Part shown: in pieces, positions 43,888-54,293 of the stretch
How positions within the stretch are numbered: the first letter of the stretch is position 1
How the letters are laid out: each line of letters opens with the position of its first letter
DNA from: Alphaproteobacteria bacterium
Lineage (GTDB): Bacteria; Pseudomonadota; Alphaproteobacteria; Bin95
Assembly: GCA_963665325.3 (NCBI GenBank)
Contig: OZ224045.1
Coordinates: 384,001 to 448,000, forward strand
Length of the DNA: 64,000 bases
Direction of reading: 5' to 3'
Notes under the pieces: model-generated
Told to the model about the DNA's origin: nothing
Seen by the model: the letters and a program-made list of their open reading frames with translations, nothing else
Database searches by the model: none
Translations under genes and position numbers: made by a program

Positions 43888-45335
43888 TCGCGCTTCTTGC
43901 GCCGCAGGTCGGCGCAGGCCCGTCTGGCGGCGCCTTCCTCAAACCCGGCCAAGCGCGCGCGGTACAGCTTCCGTCCGCTGGACGCCTTCATCGGCCAGGC
44001 GCCGGCATAAACCCCGCTGGGTAACGCCCGCAAAAGCTCCGCAGCAGTCTGTGCCTGTCTTCGCGCCGTTTTGCGGTTGGCATAGACCCCCACCTGCACG
44101 GCGTAGTCGCCAATGTCGGCCACCAGGACCGCCGGCGGCAATTTCGGCACGGCCGCCATCGCCGGCAGTTTCCCTGTTGCCGGCGCCGGCGGAGCCGCTG
44201 GCGCCGATGCAGCCGGAGGCGCCGCCGCAACCCGGGGCGCCGGTACCGGAGGTGGAGCCGTGGCCGGAACGGCGCCATGCCGAACGACAAAGCAATCCAT
44301 TCGCCGCTGCTTGAGCTTGTGGCAGGCCCGGGAGGCACCCGACTTGCTGTACCCCACCAGTCGGGCGCGGTGCAACTGACCGCCCTTGCGGCTCGCCTTG
44401 GACCATGCGCCCCAAGCGCCTCCGTTCGGAAGCCCCACCTTTTTCGCCGCCGCGCGGGCCAGACTCCGGGCAGCGGCCTTGTCGCGCACCGCACCCACCT
44501 GAACGGCCCAGACAAGCCCCGCGTCGTTGACGGCCGGGCGCGGCGTCAAGCGGGCGAAGATGCGGTCCGTCAATTTTGCGACATGGCGGTCGCGAGATCG
44601 GGCCGTGCGGCCTCCCATGACAATGGTAATCAGGCGGCGGCCCTTGCGGACTGCGGAGAAGGCCAGATTGAAACCGGATTTGGAAATGTAGCCGGTCTTC
44701 AACCCGTCGGCGCCCGAATAGCGCCGCAACAGGCGGTTGTGCGAACGATAGGTGCGTCCCCGGAACTTGAACCTCTTCAAGGAGAAATAGTCGTAATATT
44801 GCGGGAAGTTCCTGATGAGAGCGCGCGCCAGCCGGGCCATGTCGCGAGCTGTGGTCCACTGCTGCGAATGCCAGAGTCCCGAGGCATTGCGGAACGAAGT
44901 ATGACGCATGCCGAGCTGCTGTGCCTTGCGGTTCATCACTTTCGCGAACTTCCGCTCGCTGCCGGCGATGAAATAGGCAACCGTTGTCGCCACATCGTTG
45001 GCCGACTTGACCAACAGCGCCCTTATGGCTTCGCCGACGGTGATAGTGGAACCCCGTTTGAGGCCGAGCCTGGAAGGCGGCTGCAATGTCGCGCGGCGCG
45101 GCACCTTAATGCGCGTCGAAAGCTTGTACTTCCCGCTCCGCAGCCGCTCGAAGAGGAGATACACGGTCATCATCTTGGTGAGCGACGCCGGATAACGGCG
45201 CGCCGTCGACCGTTCCCCGTGCAACACGGCGCCGGTCTCGGCGTCGATAACGACCGCGGCGTAGCGTGCCGCCGGCGCGGGGCCGGCCGCCAGAACGGCT
45301 GCAGCCAGAAGCAAGACAGCAAGAATCGCCTTCAT
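43842..45335 (-). CDS. D-alanyl-D-alanine carboxypeptidase (S11) with two SPOR-like domains
   Basis: PASLTK, SAN, KTG; C-terminal WAVQVGA and YAVQVGV modules separated by an Ala/Pro linker. Confidence 0.88.
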   Translation of the reverse strand: MKAILAVLLLAAAVLAAGPAPAARYAAVVIDAETGAVLHGERSTARRYPASLTKMMTVYLLFERLRSGKYKLSTRIKVPRRATLQPPSRLGLKRGSTITVGEAIRALLVKSANDVATTVAYFIAGSERKFAKVMNRKAQQLGMRHTSFRNASGLWHSQQWTTARDMARLARALIRNFPQYYDYFSLKRFKFRGRTYRSHNRLLRRYSGADGLKTGYISKSGFNLAFSAVRKGRRLITIVMGGRTARSRDRHVAKLTDRIFARLTPRPAVNDAGLVWAVQVGAVRDKAAARSLARAAAKKVGLPNGGAWGAWSKASRKGGQLHRARLVGYSKSGASRACHKLKQRRMDCFVVRHGAVPATAPPPVPAPRVAAAPPAASAPAAPPAPATGKLPAMAAVPKLPPAVLVADIGDYAVQVGVYANRKTARRQAQTAAELLRALPSGVYAGAWPMKASSGRKLYRARLAGFEEGAARRACADLRRKKRDCLVFLHRTGRRARA

Positions 45336-45503
45336 GGGCCCTCCTCGGCCGACATAGAGTCAATCCGGTCCCACCGCAATGCCGAACAGTGTTTTTCGCC
45401 TGCCTAATGGCTCGCAGCCGCCCTTGAACGGCTGCGGCTTACTCCTACTTCGGTACCGGTTATGCTAGGCTCGCAGATGCGGTCCCGGTACGGGAGAAGG
45501 TGG

Positions 45504-45830
45504 ATGAGCGACGAGCGGCGAGGAGGAGACGGCAACCCGGCGACGGGTCTGCTCGTCAAGACCAAGCCGGAGACCAAGAAGCCTTCGCTGTACAAAGTCA
45601 TCATGCTCAATGACGACTACACCCCGATGGAGTTCGTCGTCCACATCTTGCAGGCCTTCTTTCATAAAAGCAGTGAGGAAGCGACGAAGATCATGCTGTT
45701 GGTCCATCAACGGGGAATCGGGGTCTGCGGTGTCTATACCTATGAGGTCGCCGAGACCAAAGTGACGCAGGTGGTGGACTTCGCGCGGCGACACGAACAT
45801 CCGCTGCAACTGACGCTAGAGAAGGAGTAG
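45504..45830 (+). CDS. clpS: Clp protease adaptor
   Basis: [23 protein letters not shown]. Confidence 0.96.
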   Translation: MSDERRGGDGNPATGLLVKTKPETKKPSLYKVIMLNDDYTPMEFVVHILQAFFHKSSEEATKIMLLVHQRGIGVCGVYTYEVAETKVTQVVDFARRHEHPLQLTLEKE

Positions 45831-45837
45831 CCGGTCG

Positions 45838-48144
45838 ATGCTGTCGCGCACACTCGAACAGACGCTGCACCGGGCGCTCTCCTATGCCAAGGAACGCAGG
45901 CACGAATATGCGACGCTGGAGCACCTGCTGCTGGCGCTTACCGAGGACCGGGACTGCGTTGCCGTCCTGCGCGCATGTTCGGTCCATGTCGACAATCTCA
46001 GGTCCGCGGTTTCCGGCTACCTGGACGAGGAACTCGACAACCTCGTGGTGGAGCGCGAGGACGACCCGAAGCCGACGGCCGGCTTCCAGCGCGTCCTGCA
46101 GCGCGCCGCGATCCATGTGCAGTCGTCGGGGCGCGAGGAAGTAACGGGGGCCAACGTGCTCGTGGCGATCTTTTCCGAGCGGGAAAGCCACGCCGTGTTC
46201 TTCCTGCAAGGCCAGGAAATGACGCGCCTCGATGCGGTCAACTATATCAGCCACGGCATCGCAAAGAGCGCCGGCCATTCGGAGCCCCGGCGGGTGCGGG
46301 GCGCGGACGAGCGCCAGGAGAACGACAACGGCGAGTCCGGCAAGGCCAAGCCTGCAGAAGCGCTGGAGGCCTATTGCGTCAACCTCAACGAAAAGGCGGA
46401 CGCCGGCAAGATCGACCCGCTGATCGGGCGCGAGCTGGAAGTCGAGCGGACGATCCAGATCCTGTGCCGGAGGACGAAGAACAACCCGCTCTATGTAGGG
46501 GAGCCCGGGGTCGGAAAGACGGCGATCGCCGAGGGCCTTGCCCGCAAGATCGTGGAGAGCGCGGTGCCCGAGGTGCTGGCCGCCGCAACGATCTATGCGC
46601 TCGACATGGGCTCCCTGCTTGCAGGCACACGCTACCGGGGCGACTTCGAGGAACGGCTGAAACAGGTGCTGACCGAACTCGATTCGCTCGAGGGCGCGAT
46701 CCTGTTCATCGACGAGATCCACACCGTCATCGGGGCCGGCGCCACCAGCGGCGGCTCGATGGACGCCTCCAACATCCTGAAGCCCGCGCTCGCGAGCGGC
46801 ACGCTGCGCTGCATCGGCTCGACCACATACAAGGAATACCGCAACTATTTCGAGAAGGACCGCGCCCTGGTGCGCCGCTTCCAGAAGATCGACGTGCACG
46901 AGCCCTCGGTGCCGGACGCCATCAAGATCATGATGGGGCTGAAACCCTATTACGAGGAGCATCACGGCGTCCGCTACACGACCGAGGCCATCCGCACGGC
47001 GGTCAGCCTGTCGGCGCGCTACATCAACGACCGCAAGCTGCCGGACAAGGCCATCGACGTCATCGACGAGGTCGGCGCCGCGCAGCTTCTTCTGCCACCG
47101 AGCCGGCGCAAGAAGACGGTCGGCGTCCGCGATGTCGAGGGCATCGTCGCCAAGATTGCGCGCATCCCGCCGAAGAGCGTGAGCCGGGACGACCGCGAAG
47201 CCCTGCAGACGCTGGAACGCGACCTGAAGACGGTGGTGTTCGGGCAGGACCCGGCCATCGAGGCGCTCGCAAGCGCGGTCAAGCTTGCGCGGGCCGGGCT
47301 CAGGGAGCCCGAGAAGCCTATCGGCAGCTATCTGTTCTCGGGCCCCACCGGCGTCGGCAAGACCGAGGCCGCCCGCCAGCTTGCGCGCTGCCTCGGCGTC
47401 GAGCTGGTGCGGTTCGACATGTCGGAATATATGGAGCGGCACAGCGTCTCGCGGCTGATCGGCGCTCCTCCCGGCTATGTCGGCTTCGACCAGGGCGGAC
47501 TGCTGACCGATGCGGTGGACAAGAACCCGCATGTGGTGCTGCTGCTCGACGAGATCGAGAAAGCGCACCCCGACGTCTTCAACGTGCTGCTCCAGATCAT
47601 GGACTACGGCAAGCTGACCGACCACAGCGGCAAGCAGATCGATTTCCGCAATGTCATCGTGATCATGACGACCAATGCCGGGGCGTCGGACCTCGCCAAA
47701 GCGGCGATCGGGTTCGGGCGCAATGTCCGCGAGGGCGACGACAAGGAGGCCATCGACCGGCTCTTCACGCCGGAGTTCCGCAACCGTCTGGATGCGATCA
47801 TTTCCTTCAGCAATCTGCCGATCGAGGTGGTGCATCGGGTGGTGGACAAATTCGTCGCCGAACTGGAAGGCCAGCTCGACGACCGCCAGGTGGAAATCCT
47901 CCTGACCGAGGCAGCCCGCGGGTGGCTCGTCGAAAAGGGCTACAGCACGGAATACGGCGCACGCCCGCTCGCGCGCGTGATTCAGGAGCACATCAAGAAG
48001 CCGCTTGCCGAGGAGTTGCTTTTCGGCCGCCTGGCCAAGGGCGGCTCGGTGGAGGTGGATGCCGGCGAAGAGGGGCTGACCTTCGCCTATCCCGAACCCG
48101 CCGCGCCGGCGAAACCGAAAAAGAAGGAGCCGGCGGCCCTGTAG
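45838..48144 (+). CDS. clpA: Clp protease ATP-binding subunit ClpA
   Basis: Two AAA+ modules ([16 protein letters not shown]), IGF loop; follows clpS. Confidence 0.97.
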   Translation: MLSRTLEQTLHRALSYAKERRHEYATLEHLLLALTEDRDCVAVLRACSVHVDNLRSAVSGYLDEELDNLVVEREDDPKPTAGFQRVLQRAAIHVQSSGREEVTGANVLVAIFSERESHAVFFLQGQEMTRLDAVNYISHGIAKSAGHSEPRRVRGADERQENDNGESGKAKPAEALEAYCVNLNEKADAGKIDPLIGRELEVERTIQILCRRTKNNPLYVGEPGVGKTAIAEGLARKIVESAVPEVLAAATIYALDMGSLLAGTRYRGDFEERLKQVLTELDSLEGAILFIDEIHTVIGAGATSGGSMDASNILKPALASGTLRCIGSTTYKEYRNYFEKDRALVRRFQKIDVHEPSVPDAIKIMMGLKPYYEEHHGVRYTTEAIRTAVSLSARYINDRKLPDKAIDVIDEVGAAQLLLPPSRRKKTVGVRDVEGIVAKIARIPPKSVSRDDREALQTLERDLKTVVFGQDPAIEALASAVKLARAGLREPEKPIGSYLFSGPTGVGKTEAARQLARCLGVELVRFDMSEYMERHSVSRLIGAPPGYVGFDQGGLLTDAVDKNPHVVLLLDEIEKAHPDVFNVLLQIMDYGKLTDHSGKQIDFRNVIVIMTTNAGASDLAKAAIGFGRNVREGDDKEAIDRLFTPEFRNRLDAIISFSNLPIEVVHRVVDKFVAELEGQLDDRQVEILLTEAARGWLVEKGYSTEYGARPLARVIQEHIKKPLAEELLFGRLAKGGSVEVDAGEEGLTFAYPEPAAPAKPKKKEPAAL

Positions 48145-48265
48145 TGCCGTGCTTCCGAAGTTCGTATCGCTTTGTTCGGAGCGCCTGACCGCTCCCGCGT
48201 CATGCCCGGACATGGCGGAGAGGGGCGTTCATGCATGACGGACGACGCACCTTCGGGATTGCAGA

Positions 48266-49420
48266 ATGACTGACGAACGCCGCCCTCAGCGGCGGATATG
48301 GGTTGGCGCGATTGCTGTCCTGTTTTGCCTGGGCGCAAGTTCGGACGGTGTTGCGGACGCCCCCGGGCCGCGCGAATACCGCTCCGAGAAGCACGCCTTC
48401 CGCCTGGTTCCGGTCGGCGGTCCGTTCGACCAGGCGTGGGGCATGGCGTTCCTCCCCGACGGGCGCATGCTGGTGACGGAACTGGACGGCAATCTCCGCA
48501 TCCTGGAGGCCGGCGGGAAGCCGTCGGACCCGCTTCGGGGGCTGCCGCGCATCGAGGCATATGGCCAGGGCGGGCTGATGGATGTCGCTCTCGACCCGGA
48601 CTTTGCGACGAATGGGCGGATTTATCTGAGCCACATCCTGGACGGCGCGGGAGGCAGGACGACGGCGGTCAGCACGGCACGACTTAAAGGCGACCGGCTC
48701 CACGGGTTCGAGACCGTTTTTGTCGGGCGCGCGGCAAGCCGCACGGGCCGGCATTTCGGCTCGCGGCTGCGGTTCGCGCCGGACGGAACGTTGTTTGTCA
48801 CCATCGGAGACCGCGGCTACCGACCCAGCGCGCAGGACCTGGGCAACCACGCCGGCACGACCCTGAGACTGGGTCCCCACGGCGCGGCGCCGCCCGACAA
48901 TCCCTTTGTCGGACGAGCCAGGGCGCTGCCGGAAATATGGTCCTACGGGCACCGCAACCCGCAGGGCCTCGCTTTCGATCCCGCCACCGGCCGGCTATGG
49001 TCGCAGGAGCACGGGCCGCGCGGCGGCGACGAAGTCAACCTGATCGAACGCGGGCGGAACTACGGCTGGCCGGTCATCACCCACGGCCGCAACTACAGCG
49101 GCACGAAGATCACGGACGAGACGGCCCGCGCCGGCATGGAACAGCCTGCCGCTTACTGGACGCCCTCCATCGCGCCTTCGGGGCTGACCGTCTATCGCGG
49201 CCGCAGGTTTCCCCGCTGGGACGGCAACCTCTTCGTCGGCGCGCTGCGCGCCCAACTCCTCGTCAGGCTGGAACTCGACGGAGACAGGGTGGTCCACGAA
49301 GAGCGCCTGTTGGCCGATTTCGGCAACAGGATACGCGACGTGCGCACCGGCCCCGACGGCCTGATCTACCTGGCTCTGGACGAGAACGACGCCCATATAT
49401 GGCGCCTGGAGCCGCTTTAG
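48266..49420 (+). CDS. PQQ-dependent soluble aldose sugar dehydrogenase
   Basis: Signal peptide, GQGGLMDV, HFGSR, YGHRNPQG, EHGPRGGDE, RIRDV. Confidence 0.9.
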   Translation: MTDERRPQRRIWVGAIAVLFCLGASSDGVADAPGPREYRSEKHAFRLVPVGGPFDQAWGMAFLPDGRMLVTELDGNLRILEAGGKPSDPLRGLPRIEAYGQGGLMDVALDPDFATNGRIYLSHILDGAGGRTTAVSTARLKGDRLHGFETVFVGRAASRTGRHFGSRLRFAPDGTLFVTIGDRGYRPSAQDLGNHAGTTLRLGPHGAAPPDNPFVGRARALPEIWSYGHRNPQGLAFDPATGRLWSQEHGPRGGDEVNLIERGRNYGWPVITHGRNYSGTKITDETARAGMEQPAAYWTPSIAPSGLTVYRGRRFPRWDGNLFVGALRAQLLVRLELDGDRVVHEERLLADFGNRIRDVRTGPDGLIYLALDENDAHIWRLEPL

Positions 49421-49873
49421 CGCGGCGCTCCTTCGGCAGGCTCCTCCGTCATGCCCGGATTTGTTCCATTGCTTTCCGGTCTGGATTTGGCGGACAGAGC
49501 GCATGGCCCGGCTTCAATCGGATTTTGAGAGCTTCGGTGGAAACGGGACCCGGATCGACGCTCGGCGTCCCGACCCTCTATCCCCTTGTATCTCTCTGGA
49601 TAGCCATGGTTGCTATTGTTGCAGTGGCGGAAGCGGACGGGAGACAGGAAACCACTCAAATATCGGGCTGAACGGACTCTCCAGCGAAAATTTTCTGCAA
49701 CTGACGAGAAGATTCCACGTGAGCTCGGCTACAGTGACGACGAGCCTCGCTGTCTGCCCAAGTGCGGCGTTCCGGGTGGTGAACCCGACCGGGCCGGCGG
49801 TGTCGCCGCACGCCACCGAATCATCGCAGGGGTGTTGAAATCTGGAGCAGAACCCCAAAGGAGGAATATCCCA

Positions 49874-50368
49874 GTGACAACGACCAATCCGGCAGACGCT
49901 GCCCCCGAAAGCGCGGACAACGAATATCACGAAGGAGGCTGCGTTTGCGGCGCGATCCGCTACCGCACCACCGGGCAACCCGCCAACGTCATCGTGTGCC
50001 ACTGCTCCTGGTGCCAGCGTCGGACCGGCAGCGGCTTCGCGGTAATCCCGAAGTTCACCAAGGCACAGTTCGAGCTCCTCTCCGGCGACCTCAACCGTTA
50101 TCGGTCCATTTCCGACGAATCCGGCCGATGGCTCGATCTGGAGTTCTGCCCCAACTGCGGCACGAACATCGGCTTCCTCCAGGAGCTGCGCCCCGACGCC
50201 CATGCCATCGATGCCGGCACGTTCGACGACCCGAGCTGGCTGGCGCCCGACCGGCAGTGGTTCCGGTACATCTTCGTGCGCTCGTCCCAGGCGTGGTCGG
50301 CGTTGCCCGAGGGCGTCGAGCACCATCACGGGCACTTTCTGGAAAAGGAAGGCCCCGGCAAGCCTTGA
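49874..50368 (+). CDS. GFA/CENP-V family zinc protein
   Basis: GGCVCGAIRY, CHCSWCQR, FCPNCGT; AAGGAGG RBS before GTG. Confidence 0.9.
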   Translation: MTTTNPADAAPESADNEYHEGGCVCGAIRYRTTGQPANVIVCHCSWCQRRTGSGFAVIPKFTKAQFELLSGDLNRYRSISDESGRWLDLEFCPNCGTNIGFLQELRPDAHAIDAGTFDDPSWLAPDRQWFRYIFVRSSQAWSALPEGVEHHHGHFLEKEGPGKP

Positions 50369-50511
50369 GGCCGGTCAGCCCTGAGGAATTCGCTGTCCGA
50401 ACCCCGGTCCCGCGCGATTCCCGTCGCGCGTTGGCGCCGCTGCCTGCAACGTCCCGGGTGTCAGGCGGCGACGGGAGCCGGTCTCGCCCCTGAACCCATC
50501 GACCGCCGGTA

Positions 50512-51843
50512 ATGCCAGTGACGACCAAACGACGAATGCATCTCGGCGCCTTCATGCGCCCGGTCAGCATCCACACCGCGTGGTGGCGCTACCCGGGGGG
50601 CTACCCGGATGCGAACTTCAGCCTCGAGCACCTCGCCTCGTTCGCGAAGACCTTGGAGCGCGGCTGCTTCGATGCCTTCTTCATGGCCGATCACCTCGCG
50701 GTGCTCAACATGCCGATGGACGCGCTGAAGCGTAGCGCCACCGTCACCTCGTTCGACCCGCTCACCCTGCTCCCGGCCCTGTCGATGGTCACGAAGCACC
50801 TCGGGCTGATCGCCACCGCCTCCACCACGTTCGAGCCGCCCTATCTCATCGCCCGCCGCTTCGCCTCTCTCGACCACATCAGCGCCGGCCGCGCCGGCTG
50901 GAACGTGGTCACCACCTCCAATCCGGAGGCCGCCCTCAACTTCGGGATGAGCGACGAGATGGAGCACGGGGAGCGTTATCGCCGGGCGCGCGAGTTCGTC
51001 GACGTGGTCACCGGGCTGTGGGACAGCTGGGCCGACGACGCCTTCATTCGCGACGTGGAGAGCGGCGACTTCTTCGATCCCGCGAAGATGCACGTCCTAG
51101 ATCACGAGGGCGAGTTCTTCTCGGTGCGCGGGCCGCTGAACATCGCCCGCCCCGTGCAGGGCTGGCCGGTCGTGGTCCAGACCGGCTCATCGGACGCTGG
51201 CCGGCAGCTCGCGGCGGAGACCGCGGAGTTGATCTTCACCGTCGCGGTGACGCGCGAGGCGGGCCAGGCGTTCCGTTCCGACATTCACGCTCGAATGGAG
51301 CGGTACGGCCGCAATCCGGCGCACATGAAGATCCTGCCGGCGGCTCTCGTGGTGGTCGCCGACAGCGTCGAGGAGGCGCGCGAGCGTCGCGCCCATCTCG
51401 ACAGCCTCGTCAATTCGGACAGTGCGATCGCGGCCCTGTCCATCGCGCTCGGCCACGACGCGTCGAAGTTGGACCCGGACGGACCCCTGCCCGAGGTGCC
51501 GGAGAGCAACCAGAGCCGAAGCGGCCGCGAGCGCGCCTACGCGCTTGCGCGGCGCGAGAACCTGACCGTGCGCCAGGTGGCGCAGCGTCTGGGCGGATTC
51601 GGCGGCCCTTCCATTCTCGGCACTCCGGAAACGATTGCGGACGAGATGGAGGACTGGCTGACCAGCGGAGCCTGCGACGGTTTCATCGTGATGTTCCCCT
51701 ACCTGCCGTCGGGTCTCGAAGACTTCGTCGACCGGGTCGTCCCGGAGCTGCAGCGCCGCGGCATCCTGCGTCGCGCGTACGAAGGGTGCACATTGCGGGA
51801 GAACCTGGGCCTTCCGCGGCCTGCGAACCGGTTCTTTTCCTAG
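50512..51843 (+). CDS. LLM-class flavin monooxygenase (NtaA/DszA family)
   Basis: FFMAD, ARRFASLDHIS.GRAGWNVVT, LWDSW, VPELQRRG...TLRENLGL. Confidence 0.9.
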   Translation: MPVTTKRRMHLGAFMRPVSIHTAWWRYPGGYPDANFSLEHLASFAKTLERGCFDAFFMADHLAVLNMPMDALKRSATVTSFDPLTLLPALSMVTKHLGLIATASTTFEPPYLIARRFASLDHISAGRAGWNVVTTSNPEAALNFGMSDEMEHGERYRRAREFVDVVTGLWDSWADDAFIRDVESGDFFDPAKMHVLDHEGEFFSVRGPLNIARPVQGWPVVVQTGSSDAGRQLAAETAELIFTVAVTREAGQAFRSDIHARMERYGRNPAHMKILPAALVVVADSVEEARERRAHLDSLVNSDSAIAALSIALGHDASKLDPDGPLPEVPESNQSRSGRERAYALARRENLTVRQVAQRLGGFGGPSILGTPETIADEMEDWLTSGACDGFIVMFPYLPSGLEDFVDRVVPELQRRGILRRAYEGCTLRENLGLPRPANRFFS

Positions 51844-52077
51844 TACCTCTGCATAGAGGTAATGATCGTTTGCAAATCAATCACATAGGCGTGTCAACGG
51901 CGGACCAACAATGTACCGGCGTTGGAGTGGGCCCTTGATCTCTGCCAGGCCGGCTTCGACCGCCCGCAGCCGCTCTTCCAGGCCGTCGATGCGCTTGTCC
52001 AGCTAGCAAAGGGGGCGGAAACTGTCTCCGGCGCCGGCGCGCGCGCCGAATCCTCCCGCCGCACGCCCGCCGCGCCC

Positions 52078-52920
52078 TCAAGGGAAGCTCGCCTGGAAGG
52101 CCGTTGGCATGAGGGAGACGTGCCGTTCGAGCGGCGGGGCGAGTTCGAACGCCTTGGGCTCGCGCGAGAAGTTCCAGAGGCGGAACAGGCGCCATTCATC
52201 GCCCCTTTCCCTGGATACGGCCAGTTCGTTCCGCGAGATATGGAAGGGCGTGCGCTCCCATCCGTTGGTGGTCTTCACCTCGATGAGCCGGGGGCGGCCG
52301 TCGGGCGCAAAGCTGGCGATGTCGTAGCCGGCGCCGTCGCCCTCCTCCTCGGACACCCAGCGCACTCTGCCGGCAAGGTCGCTGCGGCCCGCGCCCGCCA
52401 GCGCCATGCGTTCATGCGCCAGCGCGAGGGCCTCGCCGGCGCGGCCGAGCGCGCGGTTGCGCTCGTCCCGGCCCGCCGCGTCGAACCGGGCGGCGATGCC
52501 CGACATCTGCCCGAGCTCCTCCGGCGGCGGCCGGTTGGAGAGCGTCGGCGGCGGACCCACCCAGAGCTGCGCCGCCTCGGCCATGCCCGCCCCACCGACA
52601 TGGCGTTCGCCCGGCACGCGGTCCAGCCATGCCGGGTTGAGCGCCAGCCACCGGGCGACGGCGTCCACAAGCGCCGCCTGGAAATTGAAGGCGGGCCTGT
52701 AGCCCTCAATCCAGCCCTCGCCCAGGCCCTTGAGGACGGCGCTGACGTTCCGGCGTTTGAACTCGATCGCCCCTTCCGACCGGTCGCGGAGGCGGGGCAT
52801 CAGGGCGCGTCGGCGTTCCGTCTTGTTGTAGTCCCGTCCGGCGAGGTCGTCAGGCAGCATCGCGAAATAGTCCGCGACGAGCAGGTCGTTCTCCTCATCG
52901 GTCCAAGGCCCGTTCGCCAT
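52078..52920 (-). CDS. DUF3883 (NO VEIN C-terminal-like) putative nuclease
   Basis: LGRAGE, GDGAGYDIASF, IEVKTTNG, FHISRNE. Confidence 0.85.
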   Translation of the reverse strand: MANGPWTDEENDLLVADYFAMLPDDLAGRDYNKTERRRALMPRLRDRSEGAIEFKRRNVSAVLKGLGEGWIEGYRPAFNFQAALVDAVARWLALNPAWLDRVPGERHVGGAGMAEAAQLWVGPPPTLSNRPPPEELGQMSGIAARFDAAGRDERNRALGRAGEALALAHERMALAGAGRSDLAGRVRWVSEEEGDGAGYDIASFAPDGRPRLIEVKTTNGWERTPFHISRNELAVSRERGDEWRLFRLWNFSREPKAFELAPPLERHVSLMPTAFQASFP

Positions 52921-53023
52921 GGCCCCAGGCTACGAGCGCGGGCCCCGCTTGTCACCGGAGGCTAGGTGACCCGGCCCTTTCTCCGCCGACTGCGGTCGAA
53001 ACCGGACGGGGACAGGCAAACAC

Positions 53024-53156
53024 CGTCACCCCGGACTTGATCCGGGGTCCAGCGCGGATCGCCTGCGCTCACCGCAGCCGTTCGAAACAAGACTGGACTG
53101 CCTGCGCCCGCCGGGAAAGCCGGAGTTGGACCCCGGATCAAAGCCGGAGCATGTCG
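53024..53156. repeat. REP/RPE-like palindromic repeat
   Basis: CGTCACCCCGGACTTGATCCGGGGTCCA with an inverted partner TGGACCCCGGATCAA... Confidence 0.75.
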
Positions 53157-53411
53157 TGATCGAATCTCGTAACTGACTAGACTCATTGAAGAATTCACCC
53201 TTGAATTGATGGTGTGGAAGCCATAATCCTAAATCAGTCATCAAGTCGAAAGCAGAATTTTTCAATATCAGGTCGGCCGTCGGCAGCGTCTGGCAACGCA
53301 TTACCATTTTCGAGCGTCGAGGCCAGTAACCGTTCGGGTCCCGGGGGATGAGGAGGAGGTTATCCGCTTGTTGGCATGCTTACCCGCACCTGGTCGCGAC
53401 CGGGTGTGATT

Positions 53412-54293
53412 CTACCGATTGAGGGTGCGTTGCCAATCTTTTCGGAGGGGGCGGAGCCAGATGTCCTTTTTCGGCTGAGCTCGTTTGGTATGCCTGTCGT
53501 AGCGGCCACGGCCCTGGGTGGTCCCGACGCGGGTCCAGCCCGACGCCTTGTAGACGGCGCCGGTGTATCGCGGGGTCTCGACGAAGGTTTCGATCAGCAC
53601 GGGGGTGGTGCCGTAGCGCTCGGTCCAGTCGGTGGGCAGGCGCCGGCGCACGATGGCGAGGATGTGCGATCCGAGGTTGGGGATCTGGATCCACGGCAAT
53701 ATCAGGAAGCGCGGGTTGTCGACCACGAGCGGGAGGTTCTTCTCGCGCTTTTCGGGCGACCATCCGATGAAGTTGTCGCGCGGGGCGAGCTTCCAGGCGG
53801 CGGTGGAGAAGCCGAGCATGGCGACGGGCCAGCCGTTTCGGTCGTGGACGGCGTAGCGCATCTGGGCGCCGACCAGGGTCTTGTATCCGAGATAATGGTA
53901 GCGGGCGACGAACTCGTTCCAGAGCCTGCCTTCCCGGGTGCTGTGCACGACGGCGCGGAAGTCGAGCGGACGGACCTCGTCGAGGGTCGTGGGCGCGGGG
54001 AACAGCGGCGGCTCGGTGTCGGGTCCGAAGACGATGGGCCTGGGCCGTCCCCGCTGCCACCTGGGCGGCGGCAGTTCGATGAGGCCGTCGCGGTGCATGG
54101 CGAGCATGGTGACGCGGGCCATCATATCCTTGAGCCCGCCGTCGGGCTTGATCCAGCCGATGCGCCGGCAGAACTCGATCGACAGGGCGCGGCGGGAGAG
54201 CGATGCGGGACCGGCGATGAGCGCGCGCAGCAGCGCCATTTCCTCGGCGGTGAAGTCTCGGCCGTGGTAGCGGCACTCGACCGCGCCGGTCAT
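53412..54293 (-). CDS. DUF4338 (Druantia DruA-like) protein
   Basis: RYHYLGYKTLVGAQMRY, AAWKLAPRD.FIGW, RFLILPW, ETFVE, YKASGW..VG.TQGRG; ATGA overlap with the transposase stop. Confidence 0.85.
   Translation of the reverse strand: MTGAVECRYHGRDFTAEEMALLRALIAGPASLSRRALSIEFCRRIGWIKPDGGLKDMMARVTMLAMHRDGLIELPPPRWQRGRPRPIVFGPDTEPPLFPAPTTLDEVRPLDFRAVVHSTREGRLWNEFVARYHYLGYKTLVGAQMRYAVHDRNGWPVAMLGFSTAAWKLAPRDNFIGWSPEKREKNLPLVVDNPRFLILPWIQIPNLGSHILAIVRRRLPTDWTERYGTTPVLIETFVETPRYTGAVYKASGWTRVGTTQGRGRYDRHTKRAQPKKDIWLRPLRKDWQRTLNR

Noticed and set aside
45691-48213. Long antisense and alternate-frame ORFs (e.g. 45691-48213, 6972-8861, 17954-20224, 54608-56485)
   Set aside because: Shadow ORFs of well-supported genes in high-GC DNA; no recognisable motifs.
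49441-49475. CGTCATGCCCGGA fragments at about 48198 and 49447 as extra copies of the composite element
   Set aside because: They resemble REP half-sites and lack the core and the 10-bp array.
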